From: Theionarchaea archaeon
Lineage (GTDB): Archaea; Methanobacteriota_B; Thermococci; Methanofastidiosales; SZ-28-30
Reading direction: 5' to 3'
Length of the DNA: 64,000 bases
Assembly: GCA_018992685.1 (NCBI GenBank)
Contig: JACVGT010000008.1
Location: 67,414 to 131,413, forward strand
A program made the position numbers and the translations under genes. Every line of letters begins with the position of its first letter. Position 1 is the first letter of the stretch. The notes under the pieces were generated by a model that saw nothing but the letters and a program-made list of their open reading frames with translations, had not been told where the DNA came from and made no database searches. Of this stretch, positions 1 to 7,961 are shown one piece after another.

Positions 1-1353
1 TTCTTCAGTCCCAAAAGTGTTGCAGTGGTGGGTGCTTCCAGAACCTTCGGGAAGGCAGGAAATGTCATCCTTCTAAACTTGCTTAATCTCGGATATGAAG
101 GGAGAATATACCCGGTAAACCCCAGGGCAGACACTATTTTTGAGTTGAAATGTTATCCCACTGTATCTTCCATTCCTGAGGTCGTGGATGTGGCAGTCAT
201 TGCCACACCATCCATTTTTGTGCCTGAAATCATGAGAGACATTCAAGCCAAGGGAGTGACCAACGTCGTCATTATTTCTTCAGGATTTTCCGAAGGGAGT
301 GAGGAAGGAAAAAGCCTCCACCAGGAGGTTTTAGCCATAGCTCAGAAGGCACACATTCGCATCATAGGCCCCAACACCACGGGCATCACGTCAAGTGAGA
401 GCAAATTCTGTACATCTTTTGTGCCCATCGAGGAGGTACCTCCCGGCAAGGTGGCTTTTGTTGCCCAGACAGGACTGTTCCTGGGGGTTCTGCTGGAGAC
501 CATACTATCAGAAGAACATTTCGGCATTTCCAAGGTGGTGGGCCTGGGGAATAAAATGGATGTGGAGGATTCTGAAGTCCTGGAGTACCTGGCCCAGGAC
601 GGGGAGACTGAAATCATGTGCTTCTACATTGAAGGACTGAAAAAGGCGCGGAAATTCTATGAAGTCGCCAAGAAAGTCACCCCGAAGAAGCCTGTCCTGG
701 TGGTGAAGTCAGGGGTCACAGGAGAAGGATCGAAAGCAGCCGTTTCTCATACTGCTTCTCTATCAGGGAATGACCAGTTGTTCTCTGCCATGTGTCAGCA
801 AGCTGGCATCATTCGGGCTTCTGACCTGGAAGAACTGGTGGAAGCTGCCAAAGCATTTGCATTCCAGCCCTTACCAAAGGGGAAGAGAACAGCGCTTGTC
901 CACTATACCGGGGCGGGGTGTGTGATGGGAGCAGACAGTATTGTAAGGGAAGGGTTGGAAATGGCCAGTCTTTCAGAAGAGACTCTCGCTCCTCTCCGTA
1001 AGATAACACCTGAATGGCACACCCTCCGGAACCCAGTAGATTTATGGCCATCCATAGAGTCAGCTGGAGCAGACAAAGCGTTTTCCACCGTTGTCAAGTC
1101 ACTCATTGAGGATGACGGTGTGGATGCTGTGGTACTTGCTGTGGGCTGCATGAGGGGATTTCCCCTTGAATGGCCCGAGATGCGGGAGTTTTATGGAAAA
1201 AAACCTGTGCTCATTGCAGTGGAAGGGGACAGGGAACTGGGATTTTCCGCACTTGAAAAGCTGGAAGCACAGAAATTTCCCTGTTTCAAGAGTGTTCAGA
1301 GGGCAATTCGTGCTCTGGGCCACATGGTAGCGTACAGGTCACATTTAAAGTAG
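1..1353 (+). CDS. acdA: Acyl/acetate-CoA ligase (ADP-forming) alpha-type subunit, 5'-truncated by window edge
   Basis: Frame open from base 1 (FFSPKSVAVVGAS). CoA-binding N-terminus, IIGPNTTG, GLGNKMD, phospho-His motif SHTASLSG, NPVDL. Confidence 0.85.
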   Translation, partial: FFSPKSVAVVGASRTFGKAGNVILLNLLNLGYEGRIYPVNPRADTIFELKCYPTVSSIPEVVDVAVIATPSIFVPEIMRDIQAKGVTNVVIISSGFSEGSEEGKSLHQEVLAIAQKAHIRIIGPNTTGITSSESKFCTSFVPIEEVPPGKVAFVAQTGLFLGVLLETILSEEHFGISKVVGLGNKMDVEDSEVLEYLAQDGETEIMCFYIEGLKKARKFYEVAKKVTPKKPVLVVKSGVTGEGSKAAVSHTASLSGNDQLFSAMCQQAGIIRASDLEELVEAAKAFAFQPLPKGKRTALVHYTGAGCVMGADSIVREGLEMASLSEETLAPLRKITPEWHTLRNPVDLWPSIESAGADKAFSTVVKSLIEDDGVDAVVLAVGCMRGFPLEWPEMREFYGKKPVLIAVEGDRELGFSALEKLEAQKFPCFKSVQRAIRALGHMVAYRSHLK

Positions 1354-1404
1354 ACCCACCAGGTATGTCCAAGAAGACACGGTGCAGAATATACCTGGAC
1401 AGCT

Positions 1405-2739
1405 TTATGGCGTGACTGGCTGTTCTGGCCACGGCTGTCCCCGTGTAGCGCACATCCAGGGATCGGGCATGCACACAGTCCCATAGTGCTGAAGCACTCT
1501 CGCTTTGCAGCCGCCTCTGCATTCCTGGACATGAGAACAGGTTCCGCAAGTCATGCTTTCTGTTGTACACTGCCTGAAAGGCTCGAAAATTGGACTGTTC
1601 ATCCAAAGGTACTCCATTGATTCTTCTCTGAGGCTGCCTGCTGTATGCTCAGGACTGCTCAACACAGGACACAGCACCACATCCCCACTCGCAGTCACCG
1701 TCACCATGGACGTCCCCACCCCGCAGAAAGAGTAGGGTGATTCCGTATTCTGCATTTCTGACGCGAATGTGAGCTCTAAACGTTGAGGAGTTTTCTCCTC
1801 AAAGGTCCGACACTGTTGTGATACCTCTTCACCCATTTCCAGAGGCGGAATGAGATGTTCGTGCTCTGTGCCTCTCCCTGCCCCCATGAATCGATCGAAA
1901 ATCATCTCGCGGACACCTAGATCCACCAGCATCTGGATGACGTTGGATAACTCTCCCACATTTTCTGTGTACACCACGGTATTGGAGCGGACCGGTATCC
2001 CATGGTTGACCAGCCGAGTGATACCTTCTACGGTCTTGTCAAAGGTATCCTTCCCCCTGATCTTCTGGTGGAGTTCTCTCGTACCGTCAAGACTTACCAT
2101 GACTTTCTCAGGGTTCAAAGCCTCCAACTGGCACACCGTGTCCTCGGTCAGGAGGATACCATTGGTGAACAGGTTCACCCCAACAGTATTATCCACGATA
2201 TATTCCAGAAGATCGAAGATGTCGCTCCGCAGGAGGGGTTCTCCCCCGGTGACAGCAATGCTCACCACACCCAGAGAAGCCAGTGAGTCTATTGCAGACA
2301 TCCAGTCTGCTGTATCCAATTCTTCCCCATGTGATGTACCTGCTTTCTTGTAGCAGTGAATACAGGTCAGGTTACACTTATTGGTTACCTCAAGATATGC
2401 AATATCAATGGGCCACTCCATCTCACTGCTCTTCATGATGACGGGCACATGCACTGGCTGACTGGAACCGTCCAGAAAATGGAGGTCACGCAGGAAATCA
2501 ATGGACTTTGAAGCCTTGTTCCTCACTCCTCTCTCAGGTTCGCTGTACAGCCCGCACAGTTCCTGTACAAGATCATCAGCTGTCCTTGTGCCGTCGCATA
2601 ATACCAGTAACTCCTTTAAATCCTCATTTGCTTTCCCCTGAATTCTCCTCTTCAAATCCTTTACTAGATATTTCCCCCCTTTTTGCTTCTTGATGACAAG
2701 AGAGCCCGAACTCACCAAATACTCTTTTTCATCAGTCAT
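1405..2739 (-). CDS. Radical SAM/SPASM protein with N-terminal PqqD/RRE-like domain (putative peptide maturase)
   Basis: CNLTCIHC, TGGEPLL, SPASM C-x12-G-x4-C ... Cx2Cx5Cx3C...C. N-terminal LLVLCDGTRTADDLVQEL is PqqD-like. Start moved to ATG 2739 (GGAGG upstream, ATGACTGA overlap with previous stop). Confidence 0.88.
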   Translation of the reverse strand: MTDEKEYLVSSGSLVIKKQKGGKYLVKDLKRRIQGKANEDLKELLVLCDGTRTADDLVQELCGLYSEPERGVRNKASKSIDFLRDLHFLDGSSQPVHVPVIMKSSEMEWPIDIAYLEVTNKCNLTCIHCYKKAGTSHGEELDTADWMSAIDSLASLGVVSIAVTGGEPLLRSDIFDLLEYIVDNTVGVNLFTNGILLTEDTVCQLEALNPEKVMVSLDGTRELHQKIRGKDTFDKTVEGITRLVNHGIPVRSNTVVYTENVGELSNVIQMLVDLGVREMIFDRFMGAGRGTEHEHLIPPLEMGEEVSQQCRTFEEKTPQRLELTFASEMQNTESPYSFCGVGTSMVTVTASGDVVLCPVLSSPEHTAGSLREESMEYLWMNSPIFEPFRQCTTESMTCGTCSHVQECRGGCKARVLQHYGTVCMPDPWMCATRGQPWPEQPVTP

Positions 2740-3784
2740 ATCCATCCTCCCAGCTTGCTGCAGCCAGCATTTGAGACCACGGGATAGCCTCATACGGATA
2801 TGATACCACCTGTTCATCAAAGACCTTCCTGCAGAGGGCAAGAAACCCACGGTGCTGAGGACTGCCGAAATATTCCTGGACCACATCCATCAACGACTTC
2901 TCCCTGATGTTCCCCATGTACAGACGGGGGTTGAGACAGCTGTCAACAGGCACCACATTCCCGTCAGGCAGGATGATGAGCTCCCGGGGATCATTTTCAG
3001 CATGTCTGTGGCATTCTGAGCCAAAGCATGCATATGCATTACAGGGGTGTTCAGTCAGGACCTTCTTGCTGTGGATTCCCATGTATACGCTGGTACTGGC
3101 CAGGTACTGCCCGTACAGCCTCGTGGTGAATTCAGCCAGTTCATCAATTTCCTTTTCAGACAGACAGGAAGATGCAATTTCCCGGGCTCTTCCTCCCACG
3201 AAGAGGGGCTCCAGTTTCAGACTCTCTGCTCCCAGGTCAGAGGCTGTCTCGGCAATCCATTCTATATATGGAAAGCTCTTCTTCGTTACCGTAAACTGGA
3301 GGGCAAAAGGGACATCTTTCTTCCTGAGAGCTTCAATACCCCTCATAGCACTTTGAAATGCACCCTTCATCCCCCTGAAGGTATCATGGTACTCCTGAGG
3401 ACCATCGACGCTGATGAGAACACACCTCACCAGGTCCCGCACTTTTTCTGCCAACTCCTCTGTGATGAGCGTCCCATTGGAAACGAAATCGGGTGAGAAC
3501 CCTTCCTCAACTGCTACTTCCAGGATACGGGTAAGGTCTGGATGCAGGGTAGGTTCTCCTCCTGAAAATGCTATTCGGGTGGTGTTCAGCTTCTTCATGT
3601 CCCTGACTATGGACAAGACCTCTTCTGCAGTGAACTGGTGCACGGGGACGTTCTGAGCATTGATGAAGCAGTGCTGACACGAGAGGTTACACCAGTCAGT
3701 GATATGAAAGAGAAACGTCACTTCCTCTTCAAAAAACCTCAGGGCATGCTGGTGCACACCCTGAGAATCAATCGGGGTTGTCAT
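2732..3784 (-). CDS. Radical SAM protein with atypical Cys-containing C-terminal domain
   Basis: CNLSCQHC, FSGGEP, SNG, ISVDG, C-terminal Cx4Cx4CH. ATG 3784 preceded by AGGTGG. Confidence 0.88.
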   Translation of the reverse strand: MTTPIDSQGVHQHALRFFEEEVTFLFHITDWCNLSCQHCFINAQNVPVHQFTAEEVLSIVRDMKKLNTTRIAFSGGEPTLHPDLTRILEVAVEEGFSPDFVSNGTLITEELAEKVRDLVRCVLISVDGPQEYHDTFRGMKGAFQSAMRGIEALRKKDVPFALQFTVTKKSFPYIEWIAETASDLGAESLKLEPLFVGGRAREIASSCLSEKEIDELAEFTTRLYGQYLASTSVYMGIHSKKVLTEHPCNAYACFGSECHRHAENDPRELIILPDGNVVPVDSCLNPRLYMGNIREKSLMDVVQEYFGSPQHRGFLALCRKVFDEQVVSYPYEAIPWSQMLAAASWEDGYD

Positions 3785-3796
3785 GTACAATCCACC

Positions 3797-3889
3797 TTAG
3801 TATGCAGGCAGCGAAGGCTGCGGCACGATCTTGGTCGCAACAGACTGTATCTTCAGTGCCATGAATTCAGGCATAAATACGTCTTTCAT
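3797..3889 (-). CDS. Putative RiPP precursor peptide B, MKDVFMPEFMALKIQSVATKIVPQPSLPAY (30 aa)
   Basis: SD GAGGTGA 4 nt before ATG 3889, TATA box at 3921-3928, stop 12 nt before the rSAM start, paralogous to the peptide at 4101-4190. Confidence 0.8.
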   Translation of the reverse strand: MKDVFMPEFMALKIQSVATKIVPQPSLPAY

Positions 3890-3920
3890 GGTCTCACCTC
3901 GGTGAGGTATATTCTGAGAA

Positions 3921-3933
3921 CTTATAAATGTTT
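3921..3933 (-). promoter_or_regulatory. BRE/TATA promoter of peptide B plus rSAM operon
   Basis: Minus strand reads AAACATTTATAAG about 32 nt upstream of the ATG. Confidence 0.65.
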
Positions 3934-4051
3934 TGTAGATTGAACATATGTCAGAGATATGAGTAAAAAAAACACCTTCTCCACATGTCATACGGTCCAG
4001 AATAAAAACTCATGAGCAGGGAACAAAGATCGACATACATGCCCAACCCTC

Positions 4052-4069
4052 AGAAAAAAAAGAAAGAAA
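4052..4069 (-). terminator. Oligo-T (archaeal-type) terminator after peptide A
   Basis: Plus-strand A/G tract, i.e. a T-rich run on the minus strand, starting about 30 nt after the TGA at 4101. Confidence 0.55.
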
Positions 4070-4100
4070 TGGACTGCTACCCTGATCACTGGAGAAGAAC

Positions 4101-4190
4101 TCACGGCACAATAATCGAAGGAATAGGCCATTGCTTGATAATGATAGCCTGTTCGTTGTCTACCAAGAACTCGGGTTGGAACTTCTTCAT
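4101..4190 (-). CDS. Putative RiPP precursor peptide A, MKKFQPEFLVDNEQAIIIKQWPIPSIIVP (29 aa; not in ORF track)
   Basis: Translated by hand. SD GGAGGTGA (4197-4204), TATA TTTATAAA (4225-4232), 9 ungapped identities with peptide B. Confidence 0.8.
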   Translation of the reverse strand: MKKFQPEFLVDNEQAIIIKQWPIPSIIVP

Positions 4191-4224
4191 TGAATCTCAC
4201 CTCCCTCCTCTTTCTCACCCTGTC

Positions 4225-4237
4225 TTTATAAATGTTT
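4225..4237 (-). promoter_or_regulatory. BRE/TATA promoter of peptide A
   Basis: Minus strand AAACATTTATAAA, the same 12-mer as the peptide B promoter. Confidence 0.65.
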
Positions 4238-4397
4238 CTGCTTCTAATATACTTTTCATATTCTTGCGTAAAAAAGGTATCATTCTGGACAGGTGTAAAT
4301 AATAGACTGGAGAATGGGTCAAACACGGTACTTACTGTCAATAAAAAGAGAGGGCAGAATACAAAAGGTTTATAAACCTCGTGGCGAACATGTCTCC

Positions 4398-4583
4398 ATG
4401 CCAAAGAGAAAACGTGCAGAAGGTGGTGCACTCCCTCCTACTGGTGCAGGACTGATTCGTTACTTTGACGAGGACACCAGAGGATTCAAACTGAAGCCTC
4501 TCCACATTATCATTGCAGCTGCGGCTGTCGTTGTCCTCGAGATTGTTCTGAGACTTGTGGGTGTGGACATTCTGGGGTTCTAG
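4398..4583 (+). CDS. secG: Preprotein translocase Sec61beta subunit
   Basis: TGAGLIRYFDED motif followed by a single TM helix. TATA TTTATAAA about 25 nt upstream (leaderless). Confidence 0.9.
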   Translation: MPKRKRAEGGALPPTGAGLIRYFDEDTRGFKLKPLHIIIAAAAVVVLEIVLRLVGVDILGF

Positions 4584-6013
4584 ATCTGATTCCAGGCAAG
4601 GACTGGACTTCGTGCAGCTTTTACCTCATCCAGTCTTCCCACCGCCGTGTTGTGTGGAGCTTCTCTCACCATGTGTGGAGTGGTATAGCATTCATTCTTG
4701 ATTTGTATCATAACTTCGATGAATCTGTCAAGCTCCTCTTTTGATTCTGATTCTGTGGGTTCAATCATCAATGCTTCGTGGACAATCAGAGGGAAATAAA
4801 TGGTCGGTGCGTGAATTCCATAGTCCAGGAGCCGCCTTGCTATGTCCAGCGCCCTGCAGTCAGTCTCTCTCTTGATCTTCTCGCAGGACAGGACTATTTC
4901 ATGCTTTCTCAGGGGCTGATACGGCATTTCGTAATGGTCCCTGAGGTTCTGGGCCAGGTAATTGGCATTTAACACGGCCACCTGGGAGGCTGTCCTGATA
5001 TCTGAACCCATGATAACAGCATAGATATAGGCCTTGACTGCTACCTGGAAGTTCCCATAGAATCCATGGACTTTCCCGATGGTCATGGGGAGATCATTAT
5101 CAAAATAGTAGTTCTCTCCGTTGTAGTCTACCAAGGGCACAGGAAGATAGTCCTTGAGCTTTTCACATACTCCCACCGGGCCTGATCCAGGTCCTCCCCC
5201 TCCGTGAGGAGTTGAAAATGTTTTGTGCAGGTTAAAATGGACAATGTCAAATCCCATGTCTCCAGGACGACAGATGCCCGCAATCGCATTGAGGTTTGCA
5301 CCATCGTAGTATAGGAGCCCGCCTGCATCATGGACAGTGTCGGCAATCTGTATGATGTCCTTCTCAAAGATACCAAGAGTATTGGGGTTGGTGAGCATGA
5401 GCCCTGCAGTTCTTTCTGTGACCGCACTCTTGAGAGCTTCGAGGTCCACCGTACCCTGGTCATTGGAGGGAATTTCCACCACATCAAAGCCTGCCATATG
5501 GGCTGAGGCAGGGTTTGTCCCATGAGCAGAATCGGGAACCACCATTTCTGTCCGTCCTTTCTGGCACGCTTTTATGATGAGAGCACCCGTCAGCTCTCCT
5601 CCTGCTCCTGCTGCGGGCTGAAGGGTAACGGCAGCCGTTCCCGAAATGAGTTTGAGATACTCCTGCAGGTTGTACAGAACTTCAAGGCAGCCCTGGATGG
5701 TGGACTCATCCTGCAGAGGATGGAATCCTGAAAAGAGTGTGGACAATTCTTCTGTTATCTTGGGATTGTACTTCATGGTACAGGACCCCAGAGGGTAGGT
5801 ACCTGTGTCCACCCCAAAATTCATTTCAGATAGCCTGGTATAGTGGCGCACAACATCCACTTCAGATAGTTCGGGAAGTGGCAGTTCCTCTCGTCGAAGA
5901 GACTGAGGTATGGAAACTGGCTCTCCAAGGGGCTCAGGGAGTGAGTACCCTGTCCTCCCGGCAACTGACTTTTCTTTCAGCAAGGGTTCACAAAACGTCG
6001 CCTGCCTATACAT
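4580..6013 (-). CDS. gcvPB: Glycine dehydrogenase (glycine cleavage P protein) subunit 2
   Basis: YPLGSCTMKYNP, SAHGTNPAS, PLP-Lys motif HFNLHKTFSTPHGGGGPG, LMIEPTESE. Confidence 0.95.
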   Translation of the reverse strand: MYRQATFCEPLLKEKSVAGRTGYSLPEPLGEPVSIPQSLRREELPLPELSEVDVVRHYTRLSEMNFGVDTGTYPLGSCTMKYNPKITEELSTLFSGFHPLQDESTIQGCLEVLYNLQEYLKLISGTAAVTLQPAAGAGGELTGALIIKACQKGRTEMVVPDSAHGTNPASAHMAGFDVVEIPSNDQGTVDLEALKSAVTERTAGLMLTNPNTLGIFEKDIIQIADTVHDAGGLLYYDGANLNAIAGICRPGDMGFDIVHFNLHKTFSTPHGGGGPGSGPVGVCEKLKDYLPVPLVDYNGENYYFDNDLPMTIGKVHGFYGNFQVAVKAYIYAVIMGSDIRTASQVAVLNANYLAQNLRDHYEMPYQPLRKHEIVLSCEKIKRETDCRALDIARRLLDYGIHAPTIYFPLIVHEALMIEPTESESKEELDRFIEVMIQIKNECYTTPHMVREAPHNTAVGRLDEVKAARSPVLAWNQI

Positions 6014-7301
6014 GGAATCCCTCCAGACCAGTTACCAGGGCATCAATATCAAGGGCTGTATGCATCTCTGTAACACAGTAGATCGCAGTAGTCTTGTCGG
6101 TCATGAAGCCTCCCTGGATGTTATGTCGCAGGAGGTGCTCATGCACTTTTGCATACTGGGGGTGGCGGACGGTGAATTCCTTGAAGTGGGGAGCGTCAAA
6201 GATCGGTGACTCGAACCCGGGAATCTCATTAATCTTCTGCATGGTGTAGCCGGCATTTCTCATACAGAGTTCAGCCACCTCTCTGAGGCCTTGTTTCCCC
6301 ATGGTGGCCAGGTACATGGCGGCTGCCACTGCGCACAGAGCCTGGTTGGTACATATGTTGGAAGTAGCTTTTTCTCTCCTGATGTGCTGTTCCCGGGTCT
6401 GTAGCGTCATAACAAACCCTCTCTCACCTGATTCTGATTCTGTCATGCCAATGACCCGTCCCGGCATCTTCCGCAGCAATGCTTTCCTGCAGGCAAAAAT
6501 CCCCAGCAACGGTCCTCCAAAGTTCTGGGGGAGTCCCAGCCCCTGTCCATCTCCAATAATGACATCGGCTGAGTGTTCCGGGCTGATACAGCCGAGACTG
6601 ATGGGATCAACCCCTACGGTGAACAGAGCTGATGCATCGTGTGCTATTTCACCCACTGAACTCAAATTCTCATGCAGGAACCCATAAAAAGAGGGTTGCT
6701 CCACATAGACACCTCCCGCATGGGCTACCTTTTTCTTGAGGTCTTCCAGGTCAATATGTCCCCTCGTATCATGAGAAACCTTTACTACTTCCAAATCGGG
6801 GGCCAATGTGGTTAAAACCTTCTCTCTGAATGGTGATAGTAAATCAGATACCACAAATTTCTTTGAACCAGTACTCCTTTCACAGAGCAAGGCTGCTTCA
6901 GCCAGGGCTGTGGCCCAATCATAGTTAGATGAATTGCACACATCCATGCCAGTGAGGTCACAGATCAGGCTCTGGTATTCAAAGAGGGCCTGCAGCATCC
7001 CCTGGGATATTTCTGGCTGGTATGGTGTATACGCAGTGTAAAACTCACTTCTGGAAAGCAATTCCTTGATATGAGAAGGTATATAATGATTGTAGCAGCC
7101 TGACCCCAGGAATGAGAGCATGGTCTTATTCTTCTTAACTGTGGCTTCAATTCTCCGTGAGACCTCCAGATCAGACAGAGGAGGATGAAGTGGGATCTCT
7201 CTCTTGAGATGATGGGGAATATCCTTGAAGAGATCCTCCATGGTCATGTTCATCTGTTTGAGCATCAGTTCCTGTTCAGATACATTTGGGATATATCGCA
7301 T
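6006..7301 (-). CDS. gcvPA: Glycine dehydrogenase subunit 1
   Basis: MRYIPN start, EFYTAYTPYQPEISQG, TREQHIRREKATSNICTNQ. Overlaps the gcvPB start. Confidence 0.95.
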   Translation of the reverse strand: MRYIPNVSEQELMLKQMNMTMEDLFKDIPHHLKREIPLHPPLSDLEVSRRIEATVKKNKTMLSFLGSGCYNHYIPSHIKELLSRSEFYTAYTPYQPEISQGMLQALFEYQSLICDLTGMDVCNSSNYDWATALAEAALLCERSTGSKKFVVSDLLSPFREKVLTTLAPDLEVVKVSHDTRGHIDLEDLKKKVAHAGGVYVEQPSFYGFLHENLSSVGEIAHDASALFTVGVDPISLGCISPEHSADVIIGDGQGLGLPQNFGGPLLGIFACRKALLRKMPGRVIGMTESESGERGFVMTLQTREQHIRREKATSNICTNQALCAVAAAMYLATMGKQGLREVAELCMRNAGYTMQKINEIPGFESPIFDAPHFKEFTVRHPQYAKVHEHLLRHNIQGGFMTDKTTAIYCVTEMHTALDIDALVTGLEGFHV

Positions 7302-7550
7302 GGAGTCACCGGTGACCAGTGTTGAAGTGAGATTATAAAGGTTTTCATTTGAAAAGCTGAAAAGGTGAAGGTTTTCAGTTGGAATGTGACTTGGTTTAGA
7401 AGGTGATTCTCCTCTATCTTTTTCAGAATATACTCCCATGGCACCTATACCTTCCAGATTTCAACCCTTTTGATGTATTGCCTCTCATCAGAGCACCTCC
7501 TGAAGCCAATCGAATAAAACCTTTATATGCATGGACACACTGTACCATAT

Positions 7551-7961
7551 ATGGCACGTAGTGATAAAGGAAGCGAAAAGGAAGAAAAAGACCAGGAGAA
7601 ATCTGAGAAAGGAGAAGGAAAATTTCAAAAAGACCCGTTGGGAGGAGTCTTCTTCGGACTGATACTGCTTACTGTTGGTGTTGTCTACATTCTACGATCG
7701 CAACTTCCCCACCCTGAATTGTGGTGGGCCTGGGTCCTCCTGGGTATCGGCATTGTATCCCTGCTGGACGCCGGTGTCCGGTATTCACGACCGGAATGGA
7801 GGAGACCTGTTTTCGGCAAAGTGATGCTTGGTGTCATACTGATCACCATTGGAGGAAGTATTGTCTACGATCTGGAATTCTCGTGGGCCCTTTTCCTGAT
7901 TGCGATTGGAGCTGTCATGTTGATATATTACCTTGGAAAAGCTACAAGGAAAACCCCATGA
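7551..7961 (+). CDS. Small multi-pass membrane protein
   Basis: Charged N-terminus followed by about 4 hydrophobic helices. TATA CTTTATAT about 25 nt upstream. Confidence 0.7.
   Translation: MARSDKGSEKEEKDQEKSEKGEGKFQKDPLGGVFFGLILLTVGVVYILRSQLPHPELWWAWVLLGIGIVSLLDAGVRYSRPEWRRPVFGKVMLGVILITIGGSIVYDLEFSWALFLIAIGAVMLIYYLGKATRKTP

Noticed and set aside
2740-2886. 49-aa N-terminal extension of rSAM-2 in the ORF track
   Set aside because: It lies inside rSAM-1. The SD and stop/start overlap favour ATG 2739.
3797-3889. Peptide B as a PqqA or mycofactocin MftA precursor (PEF leader, C-terminal Tyr)
   Set aside because: No ExxxY or IDGMCGVY motif, the terminal Tyr is not shared with peptide A, and no other pqq or mft genes are nearby.
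3797-3991. 64-aa version of the peptide B ORF
   Set aside because: The extension runs through the TATA box and a T-tract. The SD and the paralog alignment support ATG 3889.
3988-4431. ORFs 3988-4431 (-) and 4012-4302 (+)
   Set aside because: They overlap peptide A, its promoter and terminator (and, for the longer one, Sec61beta) and have no motifs; treated as shadow ORFs.
7302-7530. Possible glycine riboswitch upstream of gcvPA
   Set aside because: A TATA box about 30 nt upstream of the start leaves almost no leader, and no aptamer consensus was seen.
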